Positions 56,926-64,000 of a stretch of 64,000 nt of DNA are shown here, piece after piece. Origin of the DNA: an uncultured Deinococcaceae bacterium. GTDB taxonomy: Bacteria; Deinococcota; Deinococci; Deinococcales; Deinococcaceae. How positions within the stretch are numbered: the first letter of the stretch is position 1; every line of letters starts with the position of its first letter. Below the pieces are notes generated by a model, which was given only the letters and a program-made list of their open reading frames with translations, did not search any database and had not been told where the DNA came from. The stretch covers positions 123,027 through 187,026 of the forward strand of contig CAXULY010000008.1 in assembly GCA_964252075.1 (NCBI GenBank), written 5' to 3'. The position numbers and the translations under genes were made by a program.

Positions 56926-57555
56926 TCAGGCGCCGCGCGCGTCCACCACGTGCCGCTTGAAGCTCCGCAGGATGTCCAGGCCCACCCGCCCGCTCTTCTC
57001 CGGGTGGAACTGCGTCGCGTGGATGTTTCCGTGACTCAGCACGCTCCAGAAGGGCAGGCCGTACTCCGTGACGGCCCCCACCGTGACGCCCGCCTCCAGC
57101 GGCAGGTAGTAACTGTGCACGAAGTACGCGAACGCGTCGCCCGTCACGTCCCGCAGCAGGGGAGAGTCCCCCACGCGCTCCAGGCTGTTCCAGCCCATGA
57201 GCGGCACCTTGTGCGCGGGGTCTGGCACGAAGCGCCGCACGAAGCCCGGCAGCAGGCCCAGGCCCGGCACGCCCGGCGCCTCCTCACTGCCCTCGAACAG
57301 CAGCTGCAGGCCCACGCAGATGCCCAGCAGCGGCGTGCCCGCCGCGACCGCGTCGCGCAGGGGCGCCTCGAAGCCCGACGCGCGGAAGGACTCCATCACC
57401 TGCCGGAAGTGCCCCTGGCCGGGCACCACCACGGCCGCCGCGCCCTGCAGGTCGCGCGGGTCGGCGGACACCTGCACGTCCAGCCCCGCGCGCTCCAGCG
57501 CCTTGTGCGCGCTGCGGATGTTGCCACTCCCGTAATCCACCAGCAGCGTCCTCAC
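56926..57555 (-). CDS. hisH: IGP synthase glutamine amidotransferase subunit
   Basis: DYGSGN, GICVG.Q, YFVHSY, QFHPEKSG. Confidence 0.96.
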   Translation of the reverse strand: MRTLLVDYGSGNIRSAHKALERAGLDVQVSADPRDLQGAAAVVVPGQGHFRQVMESFRASGFEAPLRDAVAAGTPLLGICVGLQLLFEGSEEAPGVPGLGLLPGFVRRFVPDPAHKVPLMGWNSLERVGDSPLLRDVTGDAFAYFVHSYYLPLEAGVTVGAVTEYGLPFWSVLSHGNIHATQFHPEKSGRVGLDILRSFKRHVVDARGA

Positions 57556-57586
57556 GCGCTCACCCCCTGAACGCCCGCCGGGCGCC

Positions 57587-58192
57587 TCACAGGCTGCCCT
57601 TCGTGCTGGGCACGCCGGACCCCGTGACGCGCACGGCGTCGCGCAGGGCGCGCGCGAAGGCCTTCATGACCGCCTCAATCACGTGGTGCGCCTCGCGTCC
57701 CGCGAGCAGGCGCACGTGCACCGTGGCGCCCGCGTGGTTGCTGAGGCCGCGCAGGAACTCCCGCAGGTGGTAGTGCGTGAAGCCCCCCGCGTCCCCCCAC
57801 ACGTCCAGGCGCTCCGGCTCGAACGCGAGGTGCGCGCGGCCCGAAAGGTCCACCACCACGTGCGCGAGCGTCTCGTCCATCGGCACGAAGGCGCTGCCGT
57901 AGCGCTCGATGCCCGCGCGATCCCCGAGGGCGCGGCTGAGCGCCTGCCCGATCGTGATGCCCACGTCCTCCGCGAGGTGGTGCACCTCAATGTGCAGGTC
58001 CCCCACCGCCTGCACGCCGAGGCCCAGCCGCCCGTGTCGGCGCAGCTGGTCGAGCATGTGGTCCAGGAAGCCGTGCCCGGTCCCGATGCCGGAGCTGGCG
58101 GGACCGTCAAGGTTCACTTCGACGGTGATCTGCGTCTCGCTGGTGTTGCGCGAAAGCTGGGCGAGGCGGGGCGCTGGGGCGGAGTCACTCAC
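57587..58192 (-). CDS. hisB: Imidazoleglycerol-phosphate dehydratase
   Basis: R.TSET, FLDHML, HHLAED, PMDE, HHVIEA, PSTKG. Confidence 0.96.
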   Translation of the reverse strand: MSDSAPAPRLAQLSRNTSETQITVEVNLDGPASSGIGTGHGFLDHMLDQLRRHGRLGLGVQAVGDLHIEVHHLAEDVGITIGQALSRALGDRAGIERYGSAFVPMDETLAHVVVDLSGRAHLAFEPERLDVWGDAGGFTHYHLREFLRGLSNHAGATVHVRLLAGREAHHVIEAVMKAFARALRDAVRVTGSGVPSTKGSL

Positions 58193-58467
58193 CGCCCGAT
58201 TCTACGGTGCGGGCCGGCGAGGCGCCCGGTCAGCGATAGACACGATAGACAGTGGAGCACCGTGTGAAGTTCTTCCGCTTGTCGGATGGTGCCAATACGC
58301 CTCATCTTAAGTGAACATGTAAACGAGAAACGGGATTGATCTGGCATATGTTTCCTGCCCATCACCCGTCTAGATCATTTTGGGCTGCGCAGAACCCATC
58401 GCGTGTTATCCCGTCATTGTCAGGTTCATCCCAATCACCTGAACACCCGCACAACCAAGGAGAACCC

Positions 58468-60089
58468 ATGCAGGGACGTCTTCGCCTTTTCTCCCTCCTC
58501 AGTCTCGGCGTGCTGCTCGGCGCGTGCGCCCGCACCCCCTCACCGCAGGGCGCGTCCAGCACCGCGCCCGTCCTGCCCGCTGCGGGCGCCGCGCGGCAGC
58601 AGGCACCCCTCTACGCCGAAAGCGCCCGCGACGCCATCCCGGGACAGTACATCGTGGTGTTCAAGAAGGGGCAGGCGCCCGGCAACCTGAGCGCCAGCAG
58701 CGTCGGGAGCCTCGCGCGCACCCTGCGGCTCGACCCGCAGGGCGTGAGCGTGCAGCACCTGTACAGCGCCAGCCTGCAGGGCTTCGCGGCGCGCCTCAGC
58801 GCGCAGAACCTCAACACCCTGCGCGCGGACGCCCGCGTGGCGTTCATCGAGCAGGACCAGGTGGTGCGCGCCGACACCACGCAGACGGGCGCGACGTGGG
58901 GCCTGGACCGCATCGACCAGCGCAGCCTCCCGCTGGACACCACCTACACCTACACGCAGACCGCCTCGAACGTCACGGCGTACGTGATTGACACGGGCAT
59001 CAACACCACGCACACGCAGTTCGGCGGGCGCGCCAGCGTCGGCGTGGACGAGGTGGGGGACGGCAAGAACGGCATTGACTGCCAGGGGCACGGCACGCAC
59101 GTCGCGGGCACCATCGGGGGCAGCACCTACGGCGTCGCGAAGGGCGTGAAGCTCGTCGCGGTGCGCGTGCTGGGCTGCGATGGCTCCGGCAGCAACTCCG
59201 GCGTCATCGCGGGCGTGGAGTGGGTGACGGCGCACGCCGCGAAGCCCGCCGTCGCGAACATGAGCCTCGGCGGGGGCGCCAGCACCGCGCTCGACACCGC
59301 CGTCAAGAACTCCATCAACGCGGGCGTCACGTACGCCGTCGCGGCGGGCAACGAGGACGTGGACGCCTGCGGGTCCAGCCCCGCGCGCGTCACCGCCGCC
59401 CTCACCGTTGGCGCGACCATGCGCACGGACCGCCGCCCGGACGTCACGAACTGGGGCCGCACCGCGAGCGGCAGCGCGCAGGGCTCCAACTACGGCACGT
59501 GCCTGGACCTCTTCGCGCCCGGTGACGGCATCACGAGCGCGTACATCGGCAGCACCACCGCCACCGCGAACGAGAGCGGCACCAGCATGGCGAGCCCGCA
59601 CGTCGCGGGCGCCGCCGCCCTGATCCTGACCGCGAACCCCAGCTTCACGCCCGCGCAGGTCGCGAGCGCGGTTCTCGCCAGCACCACCAGCGGCGTCGTC
59701 ACGAACGCCGGCAGCGGCAGCCCCAACAAGCTGCTGTACGTGGGCGCCGCGGGCCAGACCACCCCGCCCCCCACGGGCGGCACGTCGCCGTGCAGCGGCA
59801 CGACCTGCAGCACCTACACCGGCAGCCTCGCGAGCGGCGGCTCGGCGTACCAGCCGAACGGCACGTACTTCCAGTCCGCGGGGGGCACCCTGAAGGGCTG
59901 GCTGACCGGGCCGAGCGGCGCGGACTTCGACCTGTACCTCCTGAAGTGGAACGGCAGCAGCTGGGTGACCGCCGCGAGCAGCGAGACCAGCAGCAGCAGC
60001 GAACGTACAGCGCCGCCAGCGGGTACTACATGTGGGAGGTGGACGCGTACAGCGGCAGCGGCAGCTACACCTTCACCATGCAGAAGTAA
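58468..60089 (+). CDS. Aqualysin/proteinase K-like S8 serine protease precursor (lipoprotein), frameshifted near 60003
   Basis: LLGAC lipobox, I9 propeptide, IDTG/HGTHVAG/GTSMASPHVAG triad; C-terminal YSAASGYYMWEVDAYSGSG lies in another frame ending at TAA 60089. Confidence 0.9.
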
Positions 60090-60119
60090 CGCGGGCGTGG
60101 CGGGAGGGGCGGCGCGCGG

Positions 60120-60929
60120 TCAGCGCCGCCCCCTCGCCCGCCCGGACGCCCGGACGCGGTCCAGGCGCAGGCGCCCCATGGGGTCCAGCAGCGCGCGGTA
60201 CGCGAGCAGCGTGACGCCCAGGCTGCCCAGCGCGCTGCTCGCCGCGAGCACGAACATGATCACGATCTGGTAGCGCACGGCGTCCTGCGGCGGCGCGCCC
60301 GCCAGGATCTGCCCGGTCATCATGCCGGGCAGGCTCACGACGCCAATCACCGCCATGCTGTTCAGGGTGGGCAGCATGCCGGTGCGCACCGCGTCCGCGA
60401 TGAGCGCGTGCGCCGCCTCCCAGCGGCTCGCGCCCATCGCGGTGAGGCCCTCCACCTGCCCGCGGCGCGCCTCCAGGTCGCTCGTGAAGCGCTCCAGTGC
60501 CAGCGAGACGCCCGTCAGGGTGTTCCCCAGCACCATGCCGAGGATCGGCACGGCGTACTGCGGCTCGAACCACGGTCGCACCTGCACGATCCCCACCAGC
60601 GTGAGGCCCGTCAGCAGGTAACTGCTGCCGAACACCGCCACGAAACAGTCCAGCAGCACGCCCGCGTACCGCCGCCGCACGCGCGCCGACGCCGCCTGCG
60701 CCGCGAGCGCCGTCATGACGAGGCCAATCGCGAGCACCGGCCACGGCGAGCGCAGCGCGAACACCCACCCCAGCACCAGCCCCACCAGCAGCAACTGCAC
60801 GGTCATGCGCGCGCCCGCCACGAGCACCTCGCGCCCCACGCCCAGCCGCAGGCGCCAGGACAGCAGCAGGCTCACCAGCATCAGCGCGGCGGCCAGCGCC
60901 ACCTGCCCCAGCCCCAGCGGCGCGCTCAC
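60120..60929 (-). CDS. UPF0014 (YbbM/FetB-like) ABC permease
   Basis: RMTVQL, PQY.VPI.GM..GN, GVVSLPGMMTGQIL.G, YQIVI. Confidence 0.9.
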   Translation of the reverse strand: MSAPLGLGQVALAAALMLVSLLLSWRLRLGVGREVLVAGARMTVQLLLVGLVLGWVFALRSPWPVLAIGLVMTALAAQAASARVRRRYAGVLLDCFVAVFGSSYLLTGLTLVGIVQVRPWFEPQYAVPILGMVLGNTLTGVSLALERFTSDLEARRGQVEGLTAMGASRWEAAHALIADAVRTGMLPTLNSMAVIGVVSLPGMMTGQILAGAPPQDAVRYQIVIMFVLAASSALGSLGVTLLAYRALLDPMGRLRLDRVRASGRARGRR

Positions 60930-61579
60930 CCCGCCGCCCGCACGTCCAGCGCGCGCGTCGCGAGGCGCTCCCGCTGCGCGGGGTCGTGCCCCACCAGCAC
61001 CAGCGCGCGCGGCGGTCCCTCCGCCAGCCACGCCCGCAGCGCGCCCTCGACCGAGACCGTCGCTTCAGGGTCCAGCGCACTCGTCGCCTCATCCAGCAGC
61101 AGCACGGCCGGGTTCAGCAGCAGCGCCCGCACGAGCGCCACCACCTGCGCCTCCCCACCCGACAGCGAGGGCGCGTCCTGCGTCAGGAACCCGTCCGACC
61201 GCCCCAGCGCCCCCAGCAGGTCCCGCGCGCGGCCCTCCGGGTACGGCGTGCGCGCGTGCACCCGCAACCCGAACGGCAGGCGCAGGTTGTCCTCCACCCG
61301 CCCCGCGAACAGCGGCGCGCGCTGCGGCAGGTACATGACGCGCGCCCGGAACGCCGGAGCGCCCCAGCGCTCCAGGTCACGCCCACCGAACAGCACACGG
61401 CCCGCCTGCAGGGCGTCCAGGCCCGCCAGCGCGCGCAGCAGCAGGCTCTTGCCACTCCCGGACGGACCCGTGACCGCCACGCGCTCGCCCGCCGCCACCC
61501 GCAACGCCAGCGGACCCCACAGGTGCCGGTCCCCCACCCGGCACGTCACGCCCTCGGCCTCCAGCAGCGCTGCACCCAT
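60926..61579 (-). CDS. ABC ATP-binding protein (YbbL/FetA-like)
   Basis: GPSGSGKS, LSGGE, LLLDEATSALD. Confidence 0.9.
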   Translation of the reverse strand: MGAALLEAEGVTCRVGDRHLWGPLALRVAAGERVAVTGPSGSGKSLLLRALAGLDALQAGRVLFGGRDLERWGAPAFRARVMYLPQRAPLFAGRVEDNLRLPFGLRVHARTPYPEGRARDLLGALGRSDGFLTQDAPSLSGGEAQVVALVRALLLNPAVLLLDEATSALDPEATVSVEGALRAWLAEGPPRALVLVGHDPAQRERLATRALDVRAAG

Positions 61580-61646
61580 GCCCCGACGCTACCGCCTGCG
61601 CGCCCCGCGAACCGCGAGGTGAAGCCACCCCCTCTATACTCCCAGA

Positions 61647-62213
61647 ATGCGCCGCGTTCCCCTGTTCGCCACCCTGGCCCTGCTGCTCGGCGCCTGCGCC
61701 CGCCCCAGCGACGACTTCAAACCGCGCATTGTGGTGGTGCAGCCAGAATCCGGCTCGGTGTCGCGCCAGGCCAGCGCCGTCGTGAAGGGCTACGTGCTGG
61801 ACGACGAACGCGTCGCGGGCCTCACCGTGAACGGCCAGCCGCTCACCCTCACGCAGGGCAGCGCCAAGATCCGCCCGTTCTCGTTCCGCACCCGCATCGG
61901 CACGGGCCGCGCCCGCTACACCCTCGTCGCGCGCGACAGCGCCGGGCACCAGACGACCCTACAGCTCCCCCTGCAGTACGACCCCACCCCGCCCGGCCTG
62001 AGCATCACGAACGTCGAGCACGACGGCAACACCATCCGCCTCTCCGGCGTCGCCACCGACAACGTCAAGGTCGCGTCCGTCACGGTGGACGGCAACCGCG
62101 TCAGCATCGGCACGGGCACCCGCGTGCCCTTCTTTGCGGAGACCACCGGCATCTACGCCGACGTCGAGGTGCGCGACGCCGCCGGGAACATCACCAAGCA
62201 ACGCGTGCGCTGA
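61647..62213 (+). CDS. Lipoprotein with two Ig-like repeats
   Basis: LLGAC; repeated G...D...V..+TV.G...ARD.AG pattern; TATACT upstream. Confidence 0.75.
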   Translation: MRRVPLFATLALLLGACARPSDDFKPRIVVVQPESGSVSRQASAVVKGYVLDDERVAGLTVNGQPLTLTQGSAKIRPFSFRTRIGTGRARYTLVARDSAGHQTTLQLPLQYDPTPPGLSITNVEHDGNTIRLSGVATDNVKVASVTVDGNRVSIGTGTRVPFFAETTGIYADVEVRDAAGNITKQRVR

Positions 62214-62270
62214 GCGCACAATGCGCGCGCCCTCACGGCGCCGCCCGCCGCGCGCGTGTACACCGGGGTG

Positions 62271-63002
62271 ATGCCGCCGACCCTGGCCGAACAGCACCCC
62301 GCCCCCCCGCACCTCCCGGAGATCGCGCGGCGCCTGCGCGAACGCTACCTTCCCGACCCGCCCAAACCGCGCGTGAGTGGCGAGCCGCTCAACGGTCTGA
62401 TCTCCACCATCCTCTCGCAGCAGAACGTCGCCGCCACCACCCGGCGGCAGTTCGAGGGCCTCCGCCACGCGTTTCCCCGCTGGGAGATCGCGCTCGCCGC
62501 CGGCCCGGACGCCATTGAGGACGCCCTGCGCGCCGCCGGGGGCGGCCTCGCGCGCGTGAAGGCGCAGTACATCCACGGCGCGCTGGCCGCGCTCGACGAG
62601 ACGCGCGGCCAGCTCAGCCTCAAGGACACCCGCCGCATGACCGACACGGAGATCGCGTCGCTCCTAGAGGGCCTGCCCGGCGTTGGCCCGAAAACCGCGG
62701 CGTGCGTGCTGCTCTTCGACCTCGCGCGCCCCGCCATGCCGGTCGACACGCACATCGACCGCATCACGCACCGCCTGGAACTCACGCCCGCGAAGTGGGG
62801 TGCCGTGAAGATCCAGCGCTGGTACGAGGCGGTGCTGCCCCCCGACTGGACGTCACGCTACACCTTCCACGTGTCGAACATCCGGCATGGGCGGGAGACG
62901 TGCAAAGCCATCCGGCCGCGCTGCGCGGAATGCGTCCTGAATGACCTGTGCCCGAGCGCGGGCATCTTCCTTTCGGGGCAGGAAGCGCCGCGCGCGGGCT
63001 GA
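62271..63002 (+). CDS. EndoIII-family HhH-GPD DNA glycosylase (second paralog)
   Basis: ILSQQ, LPGVGPKTAACV, PVDTHI, C-x6-C-x2-C-x5-C. Confidence 0.9.
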   Translation: MPPTLAEQHPAPPHLPEIARRLRERYLPDPPKPRVSGEPLNGLISTILSQQNVAATTRRQFEGLRHAFPRWEIALAAGPDAIEDALRAAGGGLARVKAQYIHGALAALDETRGQLSLKDTRRMTDTEIASLLEGLPGVGPKTAACVLLFDLARPAMPVDTHIDRITHRLELTPAKWGAVKIQRWYEAVLPPDWTSRYTFHVSNIRHGRETCKAIRPRCAECVLNDLCPSAGIFLSGQEAPRAG

Positions 63003-63177
63003 GGCGGCGAGATTCATGGTCCGGGCGGTCTCCCGCCACCTCTGAAACTAGGGAGAGCGAAGCTGGGAATGCGCGGGGAGCGAGGTCAGGAGAAAATCAA
63101 CCCACGCCCATGGTCCATCCACCTACAAATCGAGGCGAGACCAAGCTCCTGCTGGTCTGCCCGGTCTTCTTTCTTCC

Positions 63178-63793
63178 CTACACCAGGGGTTCGCGCTGGT
63201 ACAGCGTGATGAAGCGCTCCAGCATCGCGAGTCCCGTCTCCAGGCTCTCGGGGCGCACCCACTCGTCCTCGCGGTGCGCGTTGCCGCCCTGGTACACGCC
63301 AATCGCGATGGCGGGCACGCCATGCGGCGCGGCGGCGTTCGCGTCGGTGCTGCTCGCGGCCGTGCGGAGCTCCACGCCGAGGTCCGCCGCGGCGCGCCGC
63401 GCGAGGCGCAGCAGGCCCTCCGCGCGCAGGTCCCCGCCGGGGCGGTCCCCGACCTGCGTGAGGGTGACCTCCACCCCGGCGGTGCGGGCCGCGCCCTCAA
63501 TGGCGCTGGAGGCCCGCTCGGCGAGCGCCTCCAGCGCGCGTGTGTCGAGGGACCGCAGGTCCAGCAGCAGCTCCGCGTGCCCCGCGATGCTGTTCACGCT
63601 GGTGCCGCCGCTCGCCACGCCGACATTCAGGGTGGTGCGCGGGCTGCGGGGCAGCGGCAGGCTGTACAGCGCCGTGATGGCGAGGCCCAGCGCGTGCAGG
63701 CTGCTGGGGGCCTTGTCGCCCCAGCTGTGCCCGCCCGGACCGCGGAAGGTCGCGCGGTAGCGCCGCACGCCGACCGCCTGCGTCACCACGATC
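63178..63793 (-). CDS. C-terminal half of an M20/M25/M40 peptidase, truncated at a junction
   Basis: GPGGHSWG, TTLNVG..SGGTSVNSIA, LDLRS, SSTDAN, GNAHREDE; no N-terminal metal-binding half follows. Confidence 0.85.
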
Positions 63794-64000
63794 CGGGGCG
63801 GCGAGAACATCAACTCGGTTCCCGACTGGGCCGAGTTCTCCGTCGATATCCGCACCCTGCCGGAGCAGGACCACGGTCAGCTCCTCGTCGCGCTGAGGAC
63901 GCTTTTCGGCCCGGATTCCGAGATCCGGGTCGTCACGAGCTTCCCGGGCTTCTCGACGGCGATCGCGGATCCCGCTGCGGCACCGCTGCTCGCGCTTCTA
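63782..64000 (+). other. Start-less internal fragment of a different M20 (ArgE/DapE-like) gene
   Basis: Plus frame VTTIRGGENINSVPDWAEFSVDIRTLP... is open to the window end; in-frame TAG at 63758 upstream. Confidence 0.75.

Noticed and set aside
58234..58251. CGATAGACA x2 direct repeat between hisB and the protease
   Set aside because: Only two short copies; cannot be distinguished from chance or slippage.
63794..63855. N-terminus MRISTENSAQ... of track ORF 63178-63855
   Set aside because: It is an antisense reading of the foreign fragment beyond the junction, not a real M20 N-terminus.

Overview
GC-rich chromosomal window, most likely from a Deinococcus species. This is inferred from the gene content (lysZ, FemAB-family ligase, gnd-zwf-opcA-pgl, aqualysin-like protease, two EndoIII paralogs) and from TAnnnT -10 boxes 6-9 nt upstream of many start codons. 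It is mostly core genes: tmk, queG, an oxidative pentose phosphate operon, rnhA, truB, RNase P RNA, a short dcw cluster (mraZ-rsmH-ftsL-ftsI), prs, a peptide ABC transporter, dnaJ, mug, pit, glyA, prfB (with its programmed +1 frameshift), nth, fur, tyrA, glgB and hisBH. I found no tRNA, rRNA, CRISPR array, prophage or transposase. The most notable observations are: a multi-TM protein fused to a type IV pilin-like domain with no prepilin cleavage site; an attenuator-like uORF leader before a tandem-GNAT gene; an RHH-like plus His-motif two-gene module with an operator-like palindrome; a long phased GTGGG array before mraZ; a palindrome-rich AT-rich region before a 3D-domain gene; a structured element before DUF47-pit; two broken genes; and a head-to-head chimeric junction of two different M20 peptidase genes in the last ~210 bp. 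Family calls come from motif recognition by eye, not database searches.
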